DNA of 64,000 nucleotides from Macrostomum lignano. Lineage: Eukaryota. Both the position numbers and the translations under genes were made by a program. The stretch is from assembly GCA_002269645.1 (NCBI GenBank), contig NIVC01001651.1, positions 191,228 through 255,227 on the forward strand. The letters run 5' to 3'. Shown here piece by piece: positions 47,989 to 59,934 of this stretch; position 1 is the stretch's first letter, and each line of letters begins with the position of its first letter. Under the pieces are notes generated by a model. That model did no database searches and was not told where the DNA came from. It worked only from the letters and a program-made list of their open reading frames with translations.

Positions 47989-48415
47989 GTGAGATGCCTA
48001 GTTGGAAAATTGCTAACTGACTACTTGCAAGTACCATTGAAGAAGGAGCAAATTGTTAAAGCTCAGACGGAAGATACAGCAATCTGCACACTAATAGAGT
48101 GGAAGCAAGAAAATCTGTCAGTCCCGCCAATTCAGAAAAATGAGTCAGTCGAACTGAAGCAGTTGAGGCGAAAATATGAGAAAATGAAGTTAGAGAGGAA
48201 TCTGTTGACTAACCTAAGTCTTTAGATAAGCTAGTGTTTAGCGATCTGCATGATAGCCCGCTAGCAGGACATTTAGGTAGAGACAAAACAGTTCAGCGAG
48301 TTTGAGAGAGGCTTAGTAGCCGCAGTAGAAAAGCATGTGGCAGAGTGCATCCCATGCTTAGAGAGCAAAAGAGGACATAAAGTGCAAGCTCCGATTCAGT
48401 CATTTCCAACCCTGT
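47989..48415 (+). pseudogene. Gypsy pol remnant (integrase HHCC zinc-binding region)
   Basis: AQTEDTAI..., then DLHDSPLAGHLGRDKTVQRV*ER...KHVAECIPCLESK, with stops and frameshifts. Confidence 0.75.
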
Positions 48416-49402
48416 GAAAAAAGCCTCTGCGGTCTGACATCGGACCGGCCTCGGTTTGCCGATCCAGTCGGTAATTGAAATATGTAACTATATTTGCGTA
48501 TCGTTTACTGACAGTAGTAATTTGAAACCTTATAGGAACGCAATTTTCTAAATTTCGGTACGCTTGTGATGCGTAAAAAACATTACTGTTCCTTGTAATT
48601 AGCTGATCCAGAATATCTTTACAAGCATATAAAGTATAAATTTTAACTCAATTTAAGGTCGTTACAGCGTGGCCTGATCTATCAATACATGCGGTTTCTT
48701 TTTGAAAGTTGAAGTTAAATTTGTGGAAATTCAAAAACGATTACAAACCTAATTTATTTTAAAGAATAATTATATGCCATGGACGTGACGTCATTGAGCT
48801 TCAAGAACATTAAAAAGAGTACAATTTAAAGAACAAATTGGATACGGCTGTTATGTTATGGATATTCGGCAGGTCATCCGGGATATTCGGTCCTAAAGCC
48901 CTTAGCCGAAGATCCATGTCAAGGATATTCAGTTGCCGAATAACCACAGTATGGATATTCGGTTTCAAGTTTGAGCTATGGTTATTCTGCTGCAAGTTTG
49001 AGCTATGGTTATTCTGCTTCAAGTTTGAGCTATGGTTATTCGGCAACCAAAGCAGCGGGAATTTCTCCATAGACTATTTCAAGTAGCACAATTTCGGATG
49101 GATGCCTAGCATCTTTTCTTAAGAAGATGTATTCAACATATGTTGTATGTACATATGTACATATGCATGTATTCAACGATGCGTGATTTTCTTATATTAA
49201 TAGATCCTTTAAAAATAGCATCCTCTTGATTGTCTATGTCTCTATCATCAATCTCACTGTCTTACATGGAGGAGCAGCAGCAGCAGCGGAAGCACTTTTT
49301 CTTTAACATATACCGCCCCCATCTAGCTAGTAGATATGTAACTTATTATTGATGTACTTTATTATGCAGAAGTGCTATATAGTTGCAGCAGCTCGATCTA
49401 CA

Positions 49403-51929
49403 ATGGACAACTCATGGTCCTTAGACGACGATGAGCTCAATGAGCTGCTTATTCAAGCTGCTGAAGAAGCAGATCGCGAACTTGCTGCGGCGGCGACGAC
49501 CAATGCTGCTGCCTCTGCTTCTGAGTCCGCTGGTGATGTCGCTGACATCAACGATGACGAACTAGATGCGCTGCTTATTCAAGCGGCCGAAGAAGCAGAA
49601 GCTGATGCCGCTAACGAGAACGATGAGTTGAGCCACCTGCACGATGCTGCTGCTAGGACACCATCAACGGTACCGAAGAGGCGCAGCGCGGCGTCGATCT
49701 TGTTCCGTTCACCACCACCGTCGTCGCCAGTCGAGCTTGCAGAGAAACGGAAGCGGCCAACCACCCTTGTCCAAGCCTCGCGTACACCAACGCCGCCGCC
49801 ATCCGTTGCGCAGTTCGGTGACGATGACAGCGACTTCATAGTGATACCAGAGACCCAGCAGGCCGCCGCTTCATCGTCGTCGTCGTCACGCCAACCACCG
49901 CCGTCATCTTCGTCGACGCAACTGCTGCATCCGAGGCCATTGCCCAGCAGCAGCAGCAGCATCATCGTCAACAACGGCGGAGGTGGCGGCGATGGGCCCG
50001 GCGCTGGGTTTATTCAGCCATCTGGCGGCGGTGCAGCAAAACCGGAATTGCTGAGACAGCCGCGCTTTGGCCCGTATGGGATCGGCCCGGCTACTGCCAG
50101 TCGCCGTTTAGCTATGCAGCCGTCTGTCGCCGTTGCTGCGCGGCTGCGCTCGCCGACAACGCCAACGCCATCCCGCGGGCTATTTGCAACCCAGAAGACG
50201 CCGCCGACGATGCGGATGTCGGCGCCAGCATCGCCAGCGACGATGAGGATGTCAGCGTCAGCTCAAGGGCATCCGCTGCTGAAGCGCGTAGCATCGTCGT
50301 CATCTGCTTCAGAAGCTGCTCAAGTGTCGTTGCCATATTATCCAGCAGGTACGTAGGTTGGTAGCGATGTCCAGCAATTAGATTTGTGTCATAGCTTGTG
50401 ACGAATGTTTTCAATATATATATACATATCGCTGTTGCATGACCCAACTCCTCACCTGCATGATCATACAGAGATGGAACGGCGATCGCTGGCTATGGGC
50501 TATGAAATGGCGGCCAGAGCAGTGGATGCTGCTGCCGATGGAGACACGGATGTAGCACTTTTCCACGAGGTTGGCGGCGGCGGCGGCTGCGGCGGCGGCT
50601 GTGACCAAAAATTTTTAAGCACCGCACCCGTGTAATACGACTGCGTCGTCAAAGAGCACCTGTACCACCTCGCGCCTTCTGTCACCGTTTGTGCCGTTGC
50701 ATCCAGACGAGATGGTGCCAAACGACGTATATCTGGTGGCCAATAACAGCAGACGCAGTCAGCGAGAAATGTCGGTGGTACACCTGCTCTACGTGCGCAA
50801 CGCGCCACAGATGAAGCTTATGCTCAACAGCGCCTGGAGCGGAGATTTCGCGACCCAGTTGGCCATTGGTGAGTGATTAATATGTTTGTTTCTACATGCA
50901 GCTATATGTAACGATTGCTTGACTCTTAAACTAATATTTATATACTCGATCCTGTAACTTAAATTTTGTAATAATCACACAGCCGCCATAACAACGAAAC
51001 AACAACAACAACTACAATAATAATGCAATATGAAGGCCTGGCAGATAACGAATTTGCGCTGACCCCCATCCACATGGCCGATCCGTATGCCCCGACGCCC
51101 ATTTGCCCAATAGGGGGTACACGATCGATACTCATATTCATGCGGACAAATGCGCTACATTGCACTGTCGAGCTGATCGACCGGCTGCGAACAATTTTCT
51201 CCTCGGGATCCAGCGCCGATACGCTTGCCGTACACGGTTGGACCCGCGCCGAGATTCGCAGCTTTCGCTCGCCGACTGCTGAGATTCGGCGTGTGACGAT
51301 GCACGATCCGACAGCTGCCGTGACCAACATTGATGACGACAGCCTGTCGCGCATCGTCTTGCTTTATCGCTGGGCAATGTCCTACCCATTAGGGACAATG
51401 CAGCCTCGCCCAGATGATCCGCATCTCGTCTGTGGGAATCCGTTGTTGCTCAAGCAGAATCTCGAATACTTTGCCAGCGTTCAAATGCTGAGACGAATTC
51501 GCGCCGAGGAGCACGGTGTGAGTTCCGTTCCCAACTGGCTTGTCCGGCCGAGCATATGCGGTGTCTGTCAGATGCTGCCTGTCCAGTGTCTGCAGTCGTC
51601 GTCGTCGGCGGCGGCGGCGGCGGCTTCGGTAGGCAATGTGCGGAGCAACTTGGGCACGCACCGCACCGCGTTGGGTGGCAAGTGCGCCATTCAGAGGGAA
51701 ATATGCGCCGCAATGCGTCAGGCGGCAGTCGGTCCGCCGTCCATTATTTACATCTGGGGTCAACGCCAAGCACAAGGCGCACGTCCTGACCGAGTGGACA
51801 GGCCTAATCATTTTGGCCGGGCATGTTTCTCCGGTAGATTTGCCAATTGATTTCGTCCGCCGCGTCAACTCGGGCGGTCGAAGCATTCATGTGCAGCACA
51901 ACATTTTCGAGTGCAGCGGCTGCGATTAG
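49403..51929 (+). CDS. Multi-exon gene of unknown function (low-complexity acidic/Ser/Pro N-terminus, Cys-containing C-terminal region)
   Basis: Long GC-rich ORFs 49403-50349 and 51023-51850. A GT-AG junction 50349/50469 is in phase, and further donor and acceptor sites lie near 50870-51020. No family recognised. Confidence 0.5.
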
Positions 51930-53689
51930 CTAATTGATTGATTAATCGATTCCCACCTCCTCCCTCCACTGATTGACACTTTAAGCGCGAAACTCCTACC
52001 ACTTCAAATGCACTAACTAACCACATCGTACGGTGCCCATCGCAGCACCACTCAACCCCCATTCTACCTCCTAACTATAAGAATACCAGCAAAGTTTCGC
52101 GCAGCAAAATTAAAATAAATTACCGATCCCCCTTCTCCTCCTGGTGTACAGACTAGTGGTAATTCTAGCCGGCCTGTCCACATGCATTGTAGTAGTTGTT
52201 GTAGTTGTTGTTTACAGGCTCTCCATGGTCGATGATAGAGCGGTGAATGCAGTCTAGATAGCTAGCACACGGGTAAAAATGCGTCGAGATTCTGCAGGTG
52301 CGGGCAGAACTTGTTTCTAACGCCTTTGTTTGATCTTGTTGCAGCAACGGCTAAATCAATTGGTTGATTCTGTTGATATTGTTGCTACGGCTGCTGCTGC
52401 TGTTGCTGCTAAATTGTTAGCCCTATAGTTCAAGTCGTAAAACTATGCACTATATTCTTAAAGGAAATAGTGCTTGGCACAGTACCCAAATTGTGCGACT
52501 TGAGTAGCTAGCTAGCTAAGCTAACTAACACTATCTAACTTAGCCTTTGTTGTAAATTGGCATAAAAATATTCGCAATTCCAACTTTCAGTAGCACTTTT
52601 TCGCTACGGTGCCTAGCAATATTTCCTTAAGATGTAGCTATACTAACATAAATGCTGCATGAGAGTTATGGGAATACGCGGACAGCTAACTAGCGGCGGC
52701 AGTTCAGCTGCAGTTTCACGTACGCTCGTAATGTTGTTTAGCAATTTATTTTGTTGTTGTTCTTGCATTCGGTTACTGCGGTCTCTGATGTGCGTTTTTT
52801 ATCTAGGTTTTTTACTCTAAATTAGAAACTATCTAATTCTCCATGTACTAAAATTTAATACAATAGCTAAGCTCCCCATATGTTTTTGTGACGAAATTTG
52901 TTAACACAGACAGATAGCGGATAGGCGCCTATATAAGCAAGCAAGCAAGCAACAAGCTATTTGAAATCAATCAAATTTACCGTATATTTCTATGGGAAAT
53001 CAAGCCTTAGCACATCATAGCTTAGCAATGTGCTGCTAATAAATAATATGCTTAAGAAATTGTGCTTGGCACTCGTGCCAAGCACAATTTCTTATGTAAT
53101 AACTTAAATAGGCTCACGCTTACAGCATTGCAGTGCTAGCTTACTTGTCGGCCGCCATTTTTCTACTTTGGCGCGTTGTTGTTTTCTTATAAATCTGTTT
53201 TTGTTGCCACTGGTCGAGTGATACCTATATTGATGTTTGCTTTTTCAGGCGTAGTTGTGCTTTGATGTCAGGATGGGGCTAAATTCGTGTTCTCTTATAC
53301 ATTTGTTTTTGTTGCCAATGGTCGGGTGATATCGATGCTTGCTTTTTAAGGCGTAGTTGTGCTTTAATGTCAAGATGGGGCTCTTTTTATCAACTTTTCA
53401 ATCGATCACCTACTCCAACTTTTTGAACTAAAGCCCATTAACTAAATTTCCCCTAATCTACAATATTTATCATATATTTTGGCATCGTTTTTTTGCCTGC
53501 ATACTGGCTACTATTTAATTCATTGATTGCAGCCAATATACCATCTTTTTGCATCTTATACCATCTTATAGGCGTGGCTTGTGTTTTCCCTGTCATTTTG
53601 TCGCTTCGATGTACTTGCAGGCTAGAGAGATTTAAGACAATATCGATCTGGGCAGGGGGGGGGAGTTAACAGCTAGCATTCTTCGTATA

Positions 53690-53965
53690 ATACGGTCAAA
53701 AGATGGCACTAAATGAGATGCAGTCCCCACTTATGGAGCAAGTCTTGCCTTGAAAAGTGCAACTTGTGTTCTTATTGGCCAGTCAGCAAAGCTGTCAAAA
53801 GATGGGACTAAATGAGATGCAGTCCCCACCTATGGAGCAAGTCTTGCTTTGAAAAGTGCAGTGTGCTCTTATTGGCCAGTCAGCAAAGCTGTCAAAAGAT
53901 GGGACTAAATGAGATGCAGTCTCGCCTATGAGGCAAGTCTTGAAAAGTGCAACTTGTGTTCTTAT
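53690..53965. repeat. About 105-bp tandem repeat, about 2.5 copies
   Basis: AAAGATGGGACTAAATGAGATGCAGTCCCCAC...GAAAAGTGCAACTTGTGTTCTTATTGGCCAGTCAGCAAAGCTGTC. Confidence 0.8.
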
Positions 53966-54239
53966 GGGCTAGTGAGCAGAGTATTTCGTAAATAGAAAAG
54001 TCGATCCCTTATAATGTCAATTTCTAAACTCTGTAAATGACAGTAACCATACTGCCCCATACTTTTGATGTGGCCGCAGCCTTCTGCTGCAAGCATAGGG
54101 CCGCAGTCACATCTTAGGCACTGTGTCCGCTGCTAGTATCTGGAATAGGAATTTTCTGCTGCCTCCATGCACTCTAAGCAGCCCTCCTTGGCGCTCAGAA
54201 GTTGCACAATATGGCGCAATCTTTAACATAGGAAATTAG

Positions 54240-55420
54240 GAAGTTTTGCCTAGCCTAGGGTTAGTTAGTGGAAGCCGCCAAATTTGGCGCTTGCCTGTAC
54301 TGTTGTTGCCTGGCCTGCCGCGTACAATCGCTCAGTGTACGCAAGTCTAGTTAGCCGCACTCCTCCCCCGTGCGCTCTCTGGACCCTTCCCCTTCTGCTC
54401 TCTCGTTCCTCCTGCGTCCGAGCCTCTCCCCATGCGTCATTCTATTTTTAGACTGAGGGTTTCGCGGACCCCGTGTCCCGAGCTGAACCCTCCCTCACGT
54501 GCTGCCTTGTGCGCACAAGCCCAAATTTGGCATGCTATTGTCACTAGTGGCTTGAGGCGACTGTCGGCGCTTCGTACAAGCTACTTTCTCCCCCATGTTT
54601 AATCAATATCTGTTGTGCATCATTATCCGCACTTTTCGGGCTGCAGTTCCATGGTCAAGCCACGGAATGCCCAAACGCTCCACCCTCCGCGTTCTATATT
54701 AACGAATGCAGGCCCGCTTGTCTGATTTTTCCTCAGAACCGCCTCGTGAGGACTTGTCGAGAGCTTTCTCCAAGTCTAGCGCTCTAGCGCCGGTTAACAG
54801 CGAAGCAAAGCTCCTGAGCAGGTCTTGGTAGAGCTATAAGCATCGCTAAGCAGCTGCAAGCTCCTGAGCAGGTCTTGGTAGAGCATTGCAGCGCTCAAGC
54901 AGAAAGCACGCTCCTGAGCAGGTCTTGGTAGAGCATTGCTAGTGCTATAGCTCTGGTTTTCCAGCCTACCCTATTGGCAGGAAATCAGTTAGCTGAAGCC
55001 ATTCTGCTAGTGTCTATTCGCGACACAGGCGCGAATAAGAGTGAGTGAGTGTGCAGTCGCAGCACTCGTGCGCGATTCTAAGAATAGTTGTTAGTTTATA
55101 GGCCTAGAGTCTATTGCTGCTTCAGGCGCATAGACCTATTTCCTCGCCGCCCATCTGCGCGAGACGTAGCTATTAGGTTAGTGGGAGTTAGGGGTCCTCT
55201 GAGAGCTAAACTCAGACACGCTCAAGCGCGGACATTTGTCAGTGCCAGGACTGCGCCGCTCAGGCCATTTGCTACCATTGAGTCCTGTCACTTGGACATT
55301 GAAATATCTGAGACTAGTTGTTCTAGCGTTATTTATTTGCGTGGAGCCCAAACAGACCCCTTCATTGCGGATCCTACGGTTCCCACGCTGGTGGCAGCAC
55401 TACCCTTAATTTTAGATTTC
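54240..55420 (+). mobile_element. LTR-like sequence related to 14790-15776, with an internal 46-bp repeat (about 54805-54945)
   Basis: Shared blocks CCAAATTTGG, GCAGG(G)CCCGCTTGT and GCTGGTGGCAGCACTACC in the same order. Three copies of GCTCCTGAGCAGGTCTTGGTAGAGC. Confidence 0.4.
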
Positions 55421-55690
55421 TCCCCAGTCTCAGTCCCCATAAGTATAACCGCTAAGACCGCCCCGGCCAATAGCAGTCCACCTAGTTCTATCCCGGGCAG
55501 TAAAGCGAGTTATTACACTTTACTAAATGCACTTTACATTTCAATGTTCTCACATCTCATCTTTGCTTTCTGTTCTTTTTCCAGTCTCCATCTCTCTTTA
55601 TCTATCTATCTCTCGCCATCTGTCTATCTGTCCGTCTCTCTGGTTGTGTGTGTTATTCGAGCACTAGAGGTGTTTTCTTTTTCATTTCAG

Positions 55691-57492
55691 TTGCGAATCA
55701 CGAACCGCGATAGGACGCTGAAGAAGCTGTTGAATGCTTCAACGGTGGAGGCCTTGCTGCTGCAGGGTTGCACTAAGTTGGGCATCGAGTTGGTCGATGG
55801 AATTCGAATCGTTACTTCGATTTGAGGTCGACGATGACGAATTTCTTCCAGACTTGAGCAACCGTGGCGACGACCTAGTTTTTCTTCTACCGGATGAATT
55901 CCTTCTCGTGGACAATTTGGCGTCAGCACCGAGTGATGGTGCAGCGGCATCGAGCAGTGGGGCGGCGGCATCGAGCGGTGCGACGGCATCTGCACTGGAC
56001 TGGCCTCTGGTCTATGTGCTGCCATCAATGCCAGGGCTGGAAGCCTCTCTGCAGGACCTCCGGCGCAATCCGAAGCGAGGATCAGACTACAAATTGTAGG
56101 CGCCTTTTGTCAACCGATTTTGAAGCACATCATGAACGACGTTTTTGACAAATACAAAACGGTCGACGACCCGTACCTTAAAGGTGCCCAGATTCACGGC
56201 ATTTGCCTTGCTATCATCGCATCCTTTCCTGGTTTGCGCGACGACACAGAGGACGGGTGCATGTTTTGGAGAATGGAAATCCGTCGCCGTTTGAAGGAGA
56301 TGCGGAGCAAAATTCTGCCGGAGTGCAGCAGCCCCTACGTCCTGGAGATTCGTCGGAAGCATGGGCGCAAACGCAAGGCGACTGAGATTGATACCCAGCA
56401 TCCAAGAACCGCACAGCTGATAGCAGCAAGGAGGCGAGAGACGGGGAAGATAGCAATGCTGACGACAGCGAAGAGGAAAGTGACAACGATCAGCCGGTGG
56501 CGAAGCGACATCATCTCGATGACGCCCCTAGTGTCGGGGCCAGCAGCACCGCAAAGAGCATTTACCTTGGCGAGCCTGGCGATTTGTCCCAGCACGAAGC
56601 AGCACGCATCCGTCTTAACGAGACTTTTGACAATATGCAGATTGAAGACGTGTGCGATGCTATGAGGGAGCTCTTCCTCGATAGAGCGTTGCGCTGTCAG
56701 GAGCTGACTGTGGAGGATGAGCTGGAGTTATATAGGCCGCTCTGCCTTGCTCCTGTCCTACTTCAAGAGGCCTACCTAATGATCGAGCTTTACAACAGCA
56801 AACGGAAGGCTGACTACGTTCTTTCAGGTTCGCCAAAAGACCTAGCAGTGAACATCCGCACTGCTCTGCTTCGTGTCTGGGACAAGCGATCCACTATGCA
56901 GCGCTTCCAGCACTGCAAGCCATTCGTTGGAGCTGTGGAGGATGAAGAGCAAAAGCTGGCACATGCGGTCTGCATACTCCTGGGCCGAATGAAGTGCGAG
57001 CCAGCCAAGATATTTTCCTCGGAGCTGCCCGTTAGCATTGTACGAGATGGCAGTTTGTGGTGCGGCGTTTCTGTCAACGGCGGCGAGCTGCGATTTGAGT
57101 CTAACTCAGAAGCAATAGTCTCATTCATATTGGTCTTTATCGTATTTAATCTGCAGCACCTGCCATGCCTGGAGGCCTTTCTCGAAGCAATAGAAGTATT
57201 AGCTGGCCTTCGCCGGCGGTCTGCCGTTACTCGGACCATGGCTGCAACTGCAGTTGATTTCCACAGATGCTCGCATTATATTGGGGAAGAGCTATGTGGT
57301 GCAGCATATAGTCTTTGGCAAGGTCCATCCATGGACGATACTGCAATAAAATTCGTCAAAACTGCGATAGATTTTGGCAGATCTATTGCAAACACAAAAC
57401 GTTTAATTCTTGCTTGCGTGCGAGTGAGATGTCAGTTTGATTATGTGAGCACGCAGTGCCTGCCGAAATCAATTGGAGATGTGCCGAAATAA
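55691..57492 (+). pseudogene. CIDE-N-domain ORF fused to an uncharacterised transposon-associated domain; frameshifted
   Basis: LRITNRDRTLKKLLNASTVEALLLQGCTKLGI...IVTS..FEVDDDEFLPDL...LVFLLPDE matches CIDE-N. The downstream ICLAIIASFPGLRD...W...IRRRLK and C-terminal FILVFIVFNLQH resemble accessory ORFs found near CMC transposases. Confidence 0.6.
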
Positions 57493-58184
57493 AAAGCAAA
57501 ATGGTATAAACAGTTCGTGCAATGGGTGAGATGCAGCACGAATTTTTTTATCGCGCGACTGCGATTTTTTTCTGGTCAGGTAGCCAATTTTGTCGGACCA
57601 ACGGGTATGAAAAGTAGGTTTGACTATTGTTGCATTACGATCTTTTTAAAAATTCAACGAAGTATAGTTTTTAACTTGAACATTATACTATAGACGTATA
57701 CAGGCGGACCAAAAACTGAGAGCGAGAGTGAGAAAAAAACATGGAAACTGATGCTACAAGAGTTCTGTAAAATGTACCAACAAAAAGGTCTCCTATCCGC
57801 TGTTTCACCTATTTGCCATGCATGATCTATTCTTTTGGTGCTGCACTATTTATTTTTCTAAAATCTTGGTTGTCACAGTGCTGTCAACATGTGCTTATTT
57901 GATATTAATTATTTATGAAACCATAAATACTTAGTTTCTCAAGTTCGACAATATACAAATCCTATGGCTATATTTAAGCCAATAGGTACGCTTAAGAGCC
58001 AACAGAAGACAGCTGAGTCATAATGCTATTGGAATTTAAATGAAAACAGGCATACTGGTTTGAGCCTTTCATTTTTTGCTTCGATGCACCTCAAAAATTG
58101 GTATTGGAGAAAATCGGACCTCTCGCTGACATTCGGACCCCTTAACCATAGAGGTCCGTATATGGCTACGCTTCGGACCTTCAT

Positions 58185-59826
58185 TTGGACCTCCAGCGTA
58201 CCTTTTTTCGGACCTCTACAATTTACAGTGTAGGACAATCAGGCAAGGGAAGCCACGCCAGAAAGAATAGATTAGAAAATCCGATTATCGAATTAGAATC
58301 TGAAGAAGAAAGCTCTGATGTGTGTGTGCCATCGGTGCAGCCTCAGACCCCGGCCGTCAGCATGCAAGCAGCCTCGATAGCTCCACCAAGAAGCCGCCGG
58401 CTGCAGTATCCAATGGCTCTGGGGGGGGGGGCAGATTTTTCTGCAGTGCTGCGAGAAGTCCCGAGTCACCTTCAAGCGCCTTACAAGCAGGCCATCATGA
58501 ACAACAACAACAACAAGTTACGCCCTAGGGTCGATGTTGGGCGTCACAGGTCGCGCCTCAGAGCACGGGAGCGGAGAAAGGCCGGTCCACCGGCCTGGTC
58601 GGGGGCGCCAGCATCGGCCAGCAGGCAGTCCGGATACCGCCGAGTGTGCGCCTGCCACCGCCGGAAGGGCGCCGGGAGCGCAAGCAGCAGCGTCTCCTGC
58701 GCCGGCTCGGGGCATTACGCCTCAGCGCGGATGAGGTGGCCTGCCAGCTAAAGCCGCCGGCGGCGGAGCAGATCGCTGGGGCGGGCCAGGCGAGCTCGGG
58801 CGTACAGCGCCGCGTTGGTGACATGCTAGCCGCAGCCGATCTTGAAGGCAGCGCGCAGCAGGCCGGCGTGCGCCGCGTCCACCTGTCGCTCGAGCGTCTC
58901 CATCAGCGTCCATGTTTCGGCTTTGTAGAGCAGGACGGTCTCGATCACCGCCTAAAACAACGCCGAGCGCTGGCGGTCTGGCAGGGCCGCAGAGTGCAGG
59001 ACGGTTCTCATGGAGTTGAAGGCCGCCCAAGCGAGTCCACGGCGACGCCTCAGGTCGTCGAAGGCGTCAGGTACCAGGCCGCCGAGGTACACGAACTGCT
59101 GAACGCGCGGCAGCAGCGTTGCCTGCCCATCAGCGCCTCGGCAGTAGATGTCGGCTTGGATGTTGGTGGGCATAGTGAGCACGACGGTCTTTGCGTGTTG
59201 ATCACCAGGCCGACGCTCGCAGCAACGCCAACCAGACGGTCCAGCTGACGTTGGGCTCTCTCGACGGTTGAGGACAGTAGGGCGAGATCATCGGCGTAGC
59301 CCAGGATGCTGAGGCGACGCTCTGGCTGGCGGCGGCCCACACGGCGTTGCAGGAGGAAGCCATCGTCGGCTGTTGGTAGGGCAGCTGCAGCACCCAGTCC
59401 AGAACCAGTACAAACAGGAAGGGCGCCAGCGTGTCCCCCTGGAGCACTCCGGATGACATGTCGAAGGTGTCCGAGAGGCCGTCTGGCGTCACCTACTTAT
59501 ACACACTTATGCCCATCATGAAGCTCAAGGCATACCTGCTCAGCGTAGCTCTGCTAAAGGTGGATGGGAGGGGCTTCCTGCCTCAAACTAAAGAGCCAGA
59601 GGCGGCGATCGAGGACCTACAGACCAGCTTCACGCATGAGCAATGCATAGCGGCCTGGCGCAAGGCCGTTATGTACGCTCTGCACGACATTACCCAGTCA
59701 GGATGGTTTTACCAACAGGCGCAACTAAGATTCGAGATCTGCTGGATGGCCGACAAGCTGGGATGGCCCGTTAAGAGCAGCCTGTCAACGGAATTCGGCA
59801 TGAATTCAAGTACTAGGCATAACTAA
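58185..59826 (+). pseudogene. About 207-aa ORF of unknown function split by an RTE insertion
   Basis: Removing 58502-59522 joins ...APYKQAIM to KLKAYLLSVALLKVDGRG... in frame. Confidence 0.55.
58502..59512 (-). mobile_element. 5'-truncated RTE-like LINE with (TTG)n tail and 10-bp TSD
   Basis: RT motifs GVLQGDTLAPFLF and GYADDLALL. (AAC)5 at 58501-58516 is the 3' tail on the minus strand. CCATCATGAA at 58492-58501 and 59513-59522. Same family as 36280-37650. Confidence 0.85.
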
Positions 59827-59934
59827 CATTTTACGTGCTCGTATATATCTATTGCTTAATTGATAATCCTTATGCTCATACAATGCGTGCTCGTAAATAC
59901 CTATTGCTTAATTGATAATCCTTATTTCACACGG

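Noticed and set aside
50631-50645. T7-promoter-like TAATACGACT
   Set aside because: Only 10 bases match, with no other vector sequence; chance.
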